Of a DNA stretch of 33,824 nucleotides, positions 19,101-27,620 are shown one piece after another. The translations under genes were made by a program, and so were the position numbers. The notes below the pieces were generated by a model. The model was not told the DNA's origin. It did no database searches and saw only the letters and a list, made by a program, of their open reading frames with translations. This DNA comes from Nanohaloarchaea archaeon B1-Br10_U2g1. Lineage in GTDB: Archaea; Nanohalarchaeota; Nanosalinia; Nanosalinales; Nanosalinaceae. Within the stretch, counting starts at the first letter, position 1, and each line of letters begins with the position of its first letter. The stretch spans positions 1-33,824 of the forward strand of contig LKMN01000007.1 of assembly GCA_001563875.1 (NCBI GenBank). The letters are read 5' to 3'.

Positions 19101-19532
19101 GTAAAGTACGAGGCCGCTTACTATCCTCTTTACCGCGTAAAGAATGAAGGCAAAGAATTTCTAATAGATGCCGTCAACGGAGATGTTAAGGCTGAAAGAG
19201 AAGAGATATCGGACAGAGAGGAAGAGGTTTTGGAGAAGATATCTGAGGGCTACAACAAGAGCGAGATAATGGATGAGCTGGGTATAACTCTTTCACGAGT
19301 TACAACTTCTGTGAAGAAACTTAGAGAGAAGGGCTATGTTGATGAAGATATGGGTCTGGAAGAAACTCTTTTTGACTTCGGTATAGAGGAAGAAAGGGTT
19401 GAAGAAGAGAAGCTGATAGATATAGAGAAGTCTCCGGAGGATTTAGGCTTAGATGAGTATGAATTGGTGTATTATATCTACTATTCTCGGGAAGACGAGG
19501 TTTTTGATCCTGTTCTGGTCCAGGAAATCTGA
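16131..19532 (+). CDS. HerA/FtsK-superfamily (DUF87) ATPase with intein and C-terminal winged HTH
   Basis: N-terminal HAS-barrel-like region, HFAVLAQTGAGK|S Walker A, IIDPHGEY, MVIEEAHNF Walker B, SEGRKFG, SQRP; predicted spliced length 616 aa. Confidence 0.9.
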   Translation: MQLGTIEGKVDTSTFKFRATEEVKKFDFISVKSNDVWILAQVEEVKKHPDGETIANANIIGYRDKGLTKAPRRVIEPDSIVYRADQELISDTLGLEQDGLRIGNLETNEDIDIFVNKENFYKHFAVLAQTGAGKCVMPDTDVLMSDGCLKPIKQIFDETDQVLKKDEEEELRQLNSCSVKALDEDYKQTDADALYAYRKKAEKILVIKTESGREVEVTPEHPLMVAENSYGFQEAGKIEEGNHIAVPREIETFEDQSISISEQSLSESHEISEKRLERAKNYKRYKELEEKGLSLGEIELEIDQSRSTIENWKYRDNRPKEADGFLTSINSNGIRIPERFSSELSEFLSLLIAESAEQQSEGSYRIIFTNNDERLIQGFKQLSKKLFGIQASEMRENAVYIDSTPLKQFLEEIGYTPLSKSRGKHVPNCVHKASKENKRQFLQTLFDCEGCVEDHEVTISSASEQLINDIAYLLLEFGIVGRLRSKKKRATNSDHEGNVYYELSISGVDFMTKFAEKIGFGIERKHNKLENYIETKEGNTNTDIIPIDGEYLKNERKKVGLSQRDLSECVDSHPTLISLYERNERRPSRQKFKKISEKLDSKLYSKLADSGVLWDKIESIEEIEYNGYVYDLTVREHHNFIAGKGGIVCHNSYLTGVLIEEMLEKDLPVLIIDPHGEYSSLSLPNDDNPENARNYKIKEYSPNTDINQDALPLSFSSVNMEKNELLDVIPDSLTNSQMGVLYNSLKRLREKEGDYTLNDLMDAVSHEDSTAKWNLLNSMEQLEQSGLFTPDPVDLEELLTPGEATIVNLRAVEPNPAEMTAYSLAKRLFDLRKENRIPPFIMVIEEAHNFAPEKGFGKALSSDILRKIASEGRKFGLGIGVISQRPARIDKNVLSQCNTQFILRVTNPNDLKAISKSFEGITSEVESMIKSLPPGVSFVLGNEYPVMTDVRTRKSKHGGTTQTSETYVRKEKIKMFEPKKRIDELETEKGVKYEAAYYPLYRVKNEGKEFLIDAVNGDVKAEREEISDREEEVLEKISEGYNKSEIMDELGITLSRVTTSVKKLREKGYVDEDMGLEETLFDFGIEEERVEEEKLIDIEKSPEDLGLDEYELVYYIYYSREDEVFDPVLVQEI
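16533..18083 (+). mobile_element. intein (517 aa) with LAGLIDADG homing endonuclease
   Basis: Starts Cys (CVMPDT) after GAGK; block B VTPEHP; LAGLIDADG-like FLSLLIAES and FLQTLFDCEG; block F VYDLTV..HNF; ends CHN before Ser+1. Confidence 0.95.
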
Positions 19533-19581
19533 CCTTTTTTATTTATAAGATTCAAGGTTCCGTGTTATACTTACAGAGATA

Positions 19582-19655
19582 GGGTCCATGGTCTAGTTGG
19601 TTATGACGTCGCCCTTACAAGGCGAAGATCCCCAGTTCGAATCTGGGTGGACCCA
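19582..19655 (+). tRNA. tRNA-Val (TAC)
   Basis: Acceptor GGGTCCA/TGGACCC, anticodon arm TCGCC-CTTACAA-GGCGA, T-loop TTCGAAT; CCA not encoded; AT-rich TATA-like tract upstream. Confidence 0.97.
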
Positions 19656-19732
19656 TCCGTATATAACAAACCCGGATTTGTTATCACCGGTAAGTACTTA
19701 AAATTCAGTCAGTAATGATGTAGCATAAGCAT

Positions 19733-20077
19733 ATGAAATATAAACAGGCAATTGTCTTAAATACCGACCTGGAAATGTCTAAAGGGAAGAGCGTGGCCCA
19801 AGCATGTCATGCGTCCCTAGAAGCCTATAAGAAAGCAGATAAAGACGTAAAAAACAACTGGTCGGAAAAAGGACAGAAAAAAGTCATACTTTCAAAAGGT
19901 GACGAAAGCCTGAGAGAGCTACACACTAGAGCCAAACATAATAAATTACCGGCTCACCTAGTAAAGGATGCAGGAAGAACCGAACTCAAGCCCGGAACAA
20001 AAACCGCGGTAAGTATCGGCCCTGCAGAAGAGTCGGAGATAGACAATATAACAGGACAACTTGAGCTGATAAAATAA
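19733..20077 (+). CDS. pth2: peptidyl-tRNA hydrolase 2
   Basis: KQAIV..DLEMSKGK..AQACHA, GQKKV, DAGRTE, IGP. Confidence 0.95.
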   Translation: MKYKQAIVLNTDLEMSKGKSVAQACHASLEAYKKADKDVKNNWSEKGQKKVILSKGDESLRELHTRAKHNKLPAHLVKDAGRTELKPGTKTAVSIGPAEESEIDNITGQLELIK

Positions 20078-21234
20078 TGATCGAAGAAAGAATGGAATGG
20101 GAATACTACACGGATACTCCTGGAACAAAAGGAGAGATAAAAGAACAAGTAAAAGATTTCATAGTAACAGAGCTAGCATCTCACGACTTTGATGAAGACG
20201 GAGACCATCTCATAGTCAAACTAAGAAAACAGAACATGACTACAATGGAAGCGGTCTCCAAACTTTCTAACATGCTCCACATATCAAAAGATAGGGTAGG
20301 ATACGCAGGAAACAAAGACAAGAGAGCAGTAACAGAACAGTATATCTCAGTAGAAGGAGTAGACGAAACAGAAGTAAGACAGGTATTCACAGATGAGTTT
20401 GACCTAGAAGTTGAAGGAAGAAACGGATATATAGGACTAGGAAACCTAGATGCAAACCGTTTCGAGATAACTGTAAGACAGCTCAACCTACCTATTGAAG
20501 ATCTCAGAAACAGGTCACTAAAAATAGTTGACGAACTTGATGGAAAGTTCCCCAACTACTTCGGAAGACAAAGATTCGGATCTGCAAGACCTATAACGCA
20601 TCAGGTCGGAAGACTGATTCTGCAAGGCGACTACGAAGAAGCAGTATGGACATACATCGCAAAGCCTTACGACGAAGAATACAAGAGCATAAGGAAGATT
20701 AGAACAGAGCTATGGGAGACAAGAGAGGTCGAAGGTGCGGCAGAAAAATTCCCCGAACAGTACAGATACGAAAAAGCACTTCTATACCATCTAACAAAGA
20801 ATCCTGGAGACCATCAAGGAGCGATTAAAAGACTTCCTGAAGGACTTCAGACGCTTTTCATCCATGCATATCAGTCATGGGTATACAACAGAGTTCTCTC
20901 ACAGCTCATAGAAGATGATTGGTTTGATCCCGAATATGAGATTCCTCTCGTTGGTTATAAGACAGACCTCAAGGATAACAGGCCGGAAAATCTTGTCAGA
21001 GAGATCCTTAAGGAAGAAGACGTTTCACAAGAAGACTTCAGACTACAAGAGTTCCCTGAACTAAGGTCTGAAGGAACCTACAGAAGAGCATTCGCAGACT
21101 TCAGAAACTTCGACGTGGTGGATATCGACGAAGACGATCTGAATATGGCTCAGAACAAGATGACTGTAAGGTTCGATCTGCCGAAAGGTGCTTACGCAAC
21201 AGTATTCTTGAGAGAGATTATGAAGAATGGTTGA
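20077..21234 (+). CDS. truD: tRNA pseudouridine(13) synthase
   Basis: DFIVTE, GYAGNKDKRAVTEQ (catalytic Asp), PNYFGRQRFG, FDLPKGAYATVFLRE; TAATG overlap with pth2. Confidence 0.96.
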   Translation: MIEERMEWEYYTDTPGTKGEIKEQVKDFIVTELASHDFDEDGDHLIVKLRKQNMTTMEAVSKLSNMLHISKDRVGYAGNKDKRAVTEQYISVEGVDETEVRQVFTDEFDLEVEGRNGYIGLGNLDANRFEITVRQLNLPIEDLRNRSLKIVDELDGKFPNYFGRQRFGSARPITHQVGRLILQGDYEEAVWTYIAKPYDEEYKSIRKIRTELWETREVEGAAEKFPEQYRYEKALLYHLTKNPGDHQGAIKRLPEGLQTLFIHAYQSWVYNRVLSQLIEDDWFDPEYEIPLVGYKTDLKDNRPENLVREILKEEDVSQEDFRLQEFPELRSEGTYRRAFADFRNFDVVDIDEDDLNMAQNKMTVRFDLPKGAYATVFLREIMKNG

Positions 21235-21389
21235 AACATCTATGTAGGAGAGACTCGAAAATCCAGCTGCCGCCCTATAAGACTAGAAATCTCTAAACCA
21301 TGCAATAAAACTCTAAATTTCTTTTCCTGGGAAGATATAATGATTTTATGAAGTTAAGCAACCCTAATTACAGTTAGAGGTAGCAATCA

Positions 21390-22604
21390 GTGACACCAAT
21401 AGATTATCTATATCTTATGGTTTTCGCAATCATGGTTTTCTCATCTGTTATGTGGCTGTCGCTCTACACATTCAACAGAGATATAATAAAAAAGGATCCA
21501 GAACCTTCTAACTTGCCTCCAGTAACTTTTCTGGTCCCTGCTTACAACGAGGAAGAGAATATAGCAGAGACCTTGAAAGCTTTGATAGCTCAGAACTATC
21601 CTTCAGAAAAACTTGATATAATTGCTATAAACGATGGATCTGACGATGGCACTCTAAAGGAGATGAGGAAGTTCAAGGATAGAATAAAGATAATAGACAA
21701 GGAAAACAGCGGAAAAGCTAACTCTATGAATCAAGCGCTTCAAAAAGTTGAAACAGAGATAGTCGGCTGCATGGACGGAGACTCTTTTGCTGATCCTGAT
21801 ATGACCCGTTCAATGGTAGGCTATTTCGAGGATGAAACTGTTAATGGTGTTAGCCCGGCAATAAAGGTTCATAATCCTAAGACCTGGCCTCAGAAAATTA
21901 TCTGGGCCGAATATGTTTACCAAGTTTTCCTAAGAAAAATCTTCTCCCTATTCAACTCACAGTACGTGCTTCCTGGTCCTGGAAGCCTATACAGAACAGA
22001 TTTCATGCTGGAGAACGGAGGTTGGGATGAGGAAACGCTCACAGAGGATATGGAGATAGCCTTCCGTATAATAGAAAGTAAAGGTATACTCAAGAACAGT
22101 ACAAACGCATATGTATATACCATATCTCCGCCTACAGTTAGAGAACTTTTTAGACAAAGAATAAGGTGGTATAAGGGCTATATGAATAACTTTGTTAAGT
22201 ACAAGCACATAGTCTTCAATAAGGAGTATGGAAATATCGGCGTATTCTTCCTACCGTTCACAGTACTTTGGATATTCCTTCTAATGTTTCTCATAAGTCA
22301 CATGTCCTATAGGATACTTGGGAGACTTATTGAATACTACTATACCCTGGCTATGACAGGTTTCATGATCCCTTCACCACATATCAGTATTCAGAGCCTA
22401 ACATACTTCCACATATTTTACGGCTTATTCGTAGTCGTAGGTATTGGAACATTGCTGATAAGCTTAAAGGTGTCGGGTGAGAAACTAGAACTTAGAAAAA
22501 GGAAGATACATTATTTATTATTCCTGTGGATATATGCAATGTTATTCGCATCATTTTGGATTGCAGCAGCATTATCCAAGATAAGAGGTGATAAAAAATG
22601 GTAG
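21390..22604 (+). CDS. processive membrane glycosyltransferase, GT2 (PgaC/IcaA/CesA-like)
   Basis: PAYNE, NDGSDD, GKANSMN, DGD, TED, QRIRW; N-terminal helix plus C-terminal TM helices; GTG start 6 nt after AGGTAG. Confidence 0.9.
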   Translation: MTPIDYLYLMVFAIMVFSSVMWLSLYTFNRDIIKKDPEPSNLPPVTFLVPAYNEEENIAETLKALIAQNYPSEKLDIIAINDGSDDGTLKEMRKFKDRIKIIDKENSGKANSMNQALQKVETEIVGCMDGDSFADPDMTRSMVGYFEDETVNGVSPAIKVHNPKTWPQKIIWAEYVYQVFLRKIFSLFNSQYVLPGPGSLYRTDFMLENGGWDEETLTEDMEIAFRIIESKGILKNSTNAYVYTISPPTVRELFRQRIRWYKGYMNNFVKYKHIVFNKEYGNIGVFFLPFTVLWIFLLMFLISHMSYRILGRLIEYYYTLAMTGFMIPSPHISIQSLTYFHIFYGLFVVVGIGTLLISLKVSGEKLELRKRKIHYLLFLWIYAMLFASFWIAAALSKIRGDKKW

Positions 22605-23266
22605 AAAGAGAAAGAACAGACTGGGAAATAATTGTTTTATCCGTTATAGCGACCGTCCTGATAATGTCGGGAGTTTATTTTATAGGAATACAGTTAAACG
22701 ACCATAAAGTCCACAGTATAGAAAGCGAGGTACAGAATATAGAGGCTGAACATCAGTCACAGATTATCGGCCAACAGCTTGCTGAAGATGCAGCAGAAGG
22801 TAACTGCGAGTCGATGAAGAACTGGAGAGATCACAGCTTCCCCGAGATGGAGGAGCTGAGAAGAGAAGTGCAGTCATACGAACAGTCGAACAAGTTTGAA
22901 CACTCAGAATATGAGACGGTTAAGACAAGGTATACTAACATGGTTCTGCAGAATATGCTAGAGGCACGTTCTATAGAAGAGAGCTGTAACGAGACAATGG
23001 GAGAGGTAATATACATATACACACAAGACTGTGAACCCTGTGAAGACCAGGGTACAGTGCTCAGCTACTTCCGTAGAAACACGGATAACACGTACGTCTA
23101 TCCATTAGACTCTGACCTGAACATGCAGCCAGTTAATTTCCTAGAAGAACACTATGATATAGATCATTATCCTGCCATGATAGTTGAAGGAGAACTATAT
23201 CAAGGATTTAAAGATAGGGAGGAATTCGGACAGATACTAGAAGATGAGATAGGTGGAGACATATGA
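22598..23266 (+). CDS. membrane-anchored helical + thioredoxin-fold protein
   Basis: N-terminal TM helix, helical middle with two Cys, CEPC motif, HYP cis-Pro position; overlaps GT2 stop. Confidence 0.7.
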   Translation: MVERERTDWEIIVLSVIATVLIMSGVYFIGIQLNDHKVHSIESEVQNIEAEHQSQIIGQQLAEDAAEGNCESMKNWRDHSFPEMEELRREVQSYEQSNKFEHSEYETVKTRYTNMVLQNMLEARSIEESCNETMGEVIYIYTQDCEPCEDQGTVLSYFRRNTDNTYVYPLDSDLNMQPVNFLEEHYDIDHYPAMIVEGELYQGFKDREEFGQILEDEIGGDI

Positions 23267-23559
23267 TTAACAATGTAGAAGATATCGATGGAAGAAAGTT
23301 CATAACGATAGCAGCAGTACTAGGCTTCTTGATTGGCGGTATAGCAGCTTATGTCTCAACAGAGGATGAGAGAGAATGCCAAGCAATGGAGGATGAGATA
23401 AGGGAAGGACAAACATTTGACGGTACTGTATCTTGTTATCCTCCAGGGGCTGTAGAAGTAGATCTTTCAGACGAACTTGATGATAGAACCGATCTGAAAT
23501 GTGCATGCCAGATAATACAAGATGACAGGACACGTACACTTCCGATAGTAACTAGCTAA
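23263..23559 (+). CDS. small membrane-anchored Cys-rich protein
   Basis: One TM helix, 4 Cys (C..C..CAC); ATGA overlap with upstream gene. Confidence 0.75.
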   Translation: MINNVEDIDGRKFITIAAVLGFLIGGIAAYVSTEDERECQAMEDEIREGQTFDGTVSCYPPGAVEVDLSDELDDRTDLKCACQIIQDDRTRTLPIVTS

Positions 23560-23560
23560 C

Positions 23561-24442
23561 CTAAAATTCTTCAGAAAGCTTTATCTGGTTGCTACGACCT
23601 TCTTTGGTCTTATTTATGATCCCTTTTTCTTCTAGCTCGGATACAACTCCTGAAATCTTTGCCTTGGAGTATGATGACTGACTGACAATATCTTTTTGAA
23701 GCATTCTCCCATCATTAATCTTGATTAGTTCTAGTATCTCTACTTGATCTTGTTTAAGCTCGCCGTAAACCTCCTCAACTCTCTCAGCGTCGCTATCTTT
23801 CCTGTAGAAATGCAGTATTCCTATTATCAGTCCTAGAGTAACTAGAGGCAGTAGGTAGTTCAAGTATTCTAAGGTTAAGGAGGTATCATTGAAAGCTACA
23901 CGGTAGTCTAAAGTTTCACCCAGACCAGGATCTGTAGACCATTCGAGATAGATTCTGCCGTCTTCAGTGTCCATGTTGTAATCGTCTGGAGAGATAGTAG
24001 GGGTTGTAAGATTGTTCTCATCTATTATTTCGGCACCGGAAGGCAGTATGACTCTAAAGTTGTACTCATTTGTAGGTCGATATACAGAGTAAGTATATTG
24101 GAACATCTCCGCATCTTCCTGGCTGTTCACTATGTTCTCTAAACTAAACTCGAGGTTAACCGTAAAATCCTCTCTTTTATCTGTAGGACATCTTATTTCG
24201 GAGCCTACAGAAAGCTTTCTAATATCACAGTCGTACTGTTCGCCATCTATCTCAACATGCACGTTGTCCTTGGGGTATACAGTAATGTATGTGAACGCAG
24301 TTTGACTTAGTTCGTTTACGTCTACTTCAACTTCTGCCGTTGAATCAGCAAGATCCACTGTTACTGTTTCGCTCTCTATACTTGTAGCTGCAGCTGAAGA
24401 AACAAGCAAAATAAGCAGAACCACTGCGGAAAACTTCTTCAT
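23561..24442 (-). CDS. membrane-tethered winged-HTH regulator (COG2512-like)
   Basis: Signal peptide, beta-rich outer domain with Cys pair, single TM helix, C-terminal QKDIVSQSSYSKAKISGVVSELEEKGII...GRSN wHTH. Confidence 0.82.
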   Translation of the reverse strand: MKKFSAVVLLILLVSSAAATSIESETVTVDLADSTAEVEVDVNELSQTAFTYITVYPKDNVHVEIDGEQYDCDIRKLSVGSEIRCPTDKREDFTVNLEFSLENIVNSQEDAEMFQYTYSVYRPTNEYNFRVILPSGAEIIDENNLTTPTISPDDYNMDTEDGRIYLEWSTDPGLGETLDYRVAFNDTSLTLEYLNYLLPLVTLGLIIGILHFYRKDSDAERVEEVYGELKQDQVEILELIKINDGRMLQKDIVSQSSYSKAKISGVVSELEEKGIINKTKEGRSNQIKLSEEF

Positions 24443-24481
24443 ACGTCTTTTACCGTGTCACACCAATAAATACGTTTTCCG

Positions 24482-24880
24482 TTAATCTTCCGACTTTCTA
24501 GATATAAGTACTCCGCCAGCACCCATCTGTGCATACTGGTGCATTGTTGTTGCAATGTTCTGTAAGACGTTCTGAGCCTCTCCGAGTTTCAGATCGTAGA
24601 TGTCGGGATCCTCGACCTGTACGTAGGTAGGACCATAGTTGATAACAGTCCTTACAACCTTCTCAAACCTTTCAAACTCTGCCACTACCTCTATTACTTG
24701 AGTATAACCCTCTTCTATATCTTCACGAGGATTATCCATCTTTTCAACATCATCTTTTTCTACCTCGAGCAGCTCCACACCTTTTTCAGATCTTATTGTC
24801 TCTATATGATCCTCTAGAGACTGTTCTACGGCTTCTTCTTCTACCCCGAGAGCTTCGAAAACCATCCATACCTTTACCAT
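24482..24880 (-). CDS. hypothetical protein
   Basis: 132-aa acidic ORF, TTTAAA box about 25 nt upstream. Confidence 0.75.
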   Translation of the reverse strand: MVKVWMVFEALGVEEEAVEQSLEDHIETIRSEKGVELLEVEKDDVEKMDNPREDIEEGYTQVIEVVAEFERFEKVVRTVINYGPTYVQVEDPDIYDLKLGEAQNVLQNIATTMHQYAQMGAGGVLISRKSED

Positions 24881-24925
24881 AACATGTTTCTGTTCTAGGA
24901 AACTTTAAACAAGGTTTGATAGAAG

Positions 24926-24934
24926 GTTTTTATA
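24926..24934 (+). promoter_or_regulatory. TATA box of a probable leaderless transcript
   Basis: TTTTTATA about 25 nt before ATG 24959; same geometry seen for glyS (about 7295-7302, minus) and the 24880 gene. Confidence 0.5.
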
Positions 24935-24958
24935 CAGTAGAGCCACTATTTCTGACTT

Positions 24959-25420
24959 ATGGATCCAAGTAATCTTAAGGAGGAAATACCAGGGAACAAG
25001 GAGGAGCTGAAAAATTCCTGTGAAGTATTACGTTCGGAATACAGTCTGGATAAAACGGAGTTCGGAAGATTTATGGTCGTGGTTTCGACTATTCTCCTAG
25101 TTGTTTCTGTACATTCTGTAGTGGTTCTAGATTCTACGGTTGAAAGTATAGGCGAATCAACCCATGAATTAGAGGGTTCTCACAGTATCTTGTCTGATGA
25201 TGATTTCCAAAGCGCTATCAATTCATTGGGCGGTATACAGGGAAGTGATGTTGACCAGCAGATAGCTATGGTTGCTGAAGGGTTCAATGATGCCGAGGCA
25301 GCGCTTGATGAGCTGAAGGAGACAGAGGAAGATCTTGAGGAGAGTAAGACAATGTATCAGTGGCTTGTTGTGACTGGTATAGCCGGCATGGTTGCAGGTC
25401 TATCGGTGATATTCGTCTAG
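24959..25420 (+). CDS. hypothetical two-TM membrane protein with helical hairpin
   Basis: TM helices near both ends flanking an acidic coiled-coil-like segment. Confidence 0.75.
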   Translation: MDPSNLKEEIPGNKEELKNSCEVLRSEYSLDKTEFGRFMVVVSTILLVVSVHSVVVLDSTVESIGESTHELEGSHSILSDDDFQSAINSLGGIQGSDVDQQIAMVAEGFNDAEAALDELKETEEDLEESKTMYQWLVVTGIAGMVAGLSVIFV

Positions 25421-25478
25421 TAACCGGCTTAAGTTATTAAGCATACGAAAGCTAATCTTTTACACAGAGGAGGTTAAG

Positions 25479-26858
25479 ATGGCCAGAAATTCTATTTATC
25501 CGTCGGTTATGAGAATCCTGTTCACTGCGGCCGTTCTAACAGTATTTTTGACTGGAGCCTCCGCTGAAACCTTTGGATCGGAAGAAGGACCTCTACCCGT
25601 TATAACACAGATTGATATCTATGATGTCTCAGGCCTAGAAGCGGAAGAAAGGAGTACTGATGGAGAGCTTGTTGCAGAGGGATTGAACGAAACATTTGAG
25701 ATAGAACAGCAGGATGAAACAAGGACCTACAGGTTTGACTTCACAGTTGTTAATGAAGGTGAGGAAGACTGGGTAATAGAAGATGAAGATGAGCTATCAC
25801 ACAAAGGTATCGATGAGTCATGGAGCACGGAAAGAGTATGGTACAACCTTACCGACGAAGAAGACTTTGAAGGAGGAGAGTTCGAAGAAGGCGTGGTTGA
25901 ATGGGATACATCAGGAGGAGTTCTAGGGACCGATGAAGAGATGAGCGCCCAGTACATTATAGATACTGATCAAGATCAATCACGGCTATACGAGCAAGAG
26001 TTCTTGGTGAACGTTACGTCCGACCAGTTTCCGAGCGACGATGATTTCGCTGGAAGCCAAGATAAACACGAACTTGATCTGGTTAAACTAGGCTTTCTCG
26101 AACTCGATATCGATCAACCGGTAGATGAGACAACGCTTCCTGCGGACAAAACGTTTAATCTGAACGGAACCGTTTCGTGTATCGAAGGAGAATGTGGAGA
26201 AGTAGAGTCCCTACCACGTTACAATCAGTCTGAAAGTCCTGACACACAGATACAGGAAGAGACAGGAGAACCCTTCCATACTGAAGGTTCAAACAGTTTC
26301 GAGTGCGAGCTAGGTTTTGAGGAGGAATGTGGTGTAGAATGGAGTGTAAACGCTACAGGAGAAACCGAGTCTTATCATTTGCTGGATATAAAGTCCTCTT
26401 CAGAGTTTGAAGAGATTGAAGACGAGAGCTCAGAGGATAGAGAGGTACAGATAAACCTCGTTATAATGATGGATCTGGAATGGGATGTTGTGGACTTCGG
26501 ACTTCTTGATCCTGGTGAAGAAGACCGTTCAGCGGAAGGAAATAATGAAATGAAGTACAATATAACTGTGGGGGATGATGCTAACGCTATAGACCATCTT
26601 TGGGTAAAGTCAACCGATCTGGAATCAACGGAAGATGAAGGCTACAGTATAGAAGCTGGTAACATAAGCCGGTCATTTGATAACGATGTTAACAACCTTT
26701 CAGACGCCAACAGACTCACAAACACATACCAGAGTATTAGGTCGGATATAAGTCCGGGAACAGTGTTAACAAACTATTTCTGGATTGATGTGCCGCAAGG
26801 GATAATTAGGGGAGATTACAGCGGAACAATGAGCTTTAAAGCTAACTCTACAAGGTGA
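25479..26858 (+). CDS. secreted acidic beta-rich surface protein
   Basis: Signal peptide (..TGASA), about 10 N-x-S/T sequons, two Cys pairs, no C-terminal anchor, ends NYFWIDVPQG..GDYSGTMSFKA; GGAGG SD. Confidence 0.8.
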   Translation: MARNSIYPSVMRILFTAAVLTVFLTGASAETFGSEEGPLPVITQIDIYDVSGLEAEERSTDGELVAEGLNETFEIEQQDETRTYRFDFTVVNEGEEDWVIEDEDELSHKGIDESWSTERVWYNLTDEEDFEGGEFEEGVVEWDTSGGVLGTDEEMSAQYIIDTDQDQSRLYEQEFLVNVTSDQFPSDDDFAGSQDKHELDLVKLGFLELDIDQPVDETTLPADKTFNLNGTVSCIEGECGEVESLPRYNQSESPDTQIQEETGEPFHTEGSNSFECELGFEEECGVEWSVNATGETESYHLLDIKSSSEFEEIEDESSEDREVQINLVIMMDLEWDVVDFGLLDPGEEDRSAEGNNEMKYNITVGDDANAIDHLWVKSTDLESTEDEGYSIEAGNISRSFDNDVNNLSDANRLTNTYQSIRSDISPGTVLTNYFWIDVPQGIIRGDYSGTMSFKANSTR

Positions 26859-26864
26859 GAACTT

Positions 26865-27620
26865 ATCAGAAAGACGATAATAATTCTGCTCTTAACATTT
26901 TTTATTACAGCTGTAGCCGGCACATCTTTTGGTTCATTTAGCTTTGAAAGCAGTAAGTTTTCTGAGGACTTGAACGCTACCTACACTTTGGGACTAATAA
27001 ATCCGGGAAATGAAACGGTTAAAGTAGAGCTTGATTATTCTGGCTCCGAAAACTACAACGTAACATTTGACAGACAAAGCTTTGATATGCCTCCTACAGA
27101 GGTCTCTAGTGAGCCTCAGAGATCCGGAAGCTACTATATGGGAGACGGACTTTACGCAGAGACTGAGGAAGTAGAGGTTTTGCTGGAAGCAAGTAGATAT
27201 AGAGAGTCGAATCAGATAGAGTTTCCGGTAACTGTGCATGCATCCCTTGATGAAACAGAGGGGACACAGGATACAGTCTACGTCCAGGAACATTTTCTGA
27301 ATCTCGAGATAGAGCCATCTCTGATACCTGAAGAACGTGAGGAAGAGGTTCCTGGATACCAGGAAAGATTCTGGGATGAGGCCCAGGACCTGACTAGTGA
27401 TGAGAACGAGTCTGAAGAACGTGAGGAAGAAGAGCAAGAAGAACAGATTGAGGAAGAGTTTAACTTTGAGGAAGACGAATCTGATTCTAGGGATGAAAAC
27501 CAAGGAAAACAAAACGTTACTGAGACAGAGGAGATAGAAGATTCAGAGGTTGATACGGTTACATATATCCTTCTCTTCGGCCTATTAGTCTCTCTAGTCT
27601 ATCTATACAGGGTTTACTAG
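26865..27620 (+). CDS. secreted Ig-like protein with acidic stalk and C-terminal TM anchor; probable ATC start
   Basis: Frame is open from 26859 and encodes signal peptide IRKTIIILLLTFFITAVAG upstream of the called TTG at 26970; AGGTGA SD 6 nt before ATC. Confidence 0.72.
   Translation: MRKTIIILLLTFFITAVAGTSFGSFSFESSKFSEDLNATYTLGLINPGNETVKVELDYSGSENYNVTFDRQSFDMPPTEVSSEPQRSGSYYMGDGLYAETEEVEVLLEASRYRESNQIEFPVTVHASLDETEGTQDTVYVQEHFLNLEIEPSLIPEEREEEVPGYQERFWDEAQDLTSDENESEEREEEEQEEQIEEEFNFEEDESDSRDENQGKQNVTETEEIEDSEVDTVTYILLFGLLVSLVYLYRVY
27328..27430 (+). repeat. 19-bp direct repeat in coding region
   Basis: CTGAAGAACGTGAGGAAGA at 27328-27346 and 27412-27430 (EEREE). Confidence 0.7.

Noticed and set aside
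16131-19655. Integrated element ending at tRNA-Val
   Set aside because: No integrase, and I saw no duplicated tRNA 3' end (att site) in the window; flanks are housekeeping genes.
19686-19705. Recurrent ACCGG(T) motifs in intergenic DNA (also near 7347, 7444, 16076, 25423)
   Set aside because: Mostly adjacent to TATA-like boxes, so plausibly BRE/promoter context; too short for a separate claim.
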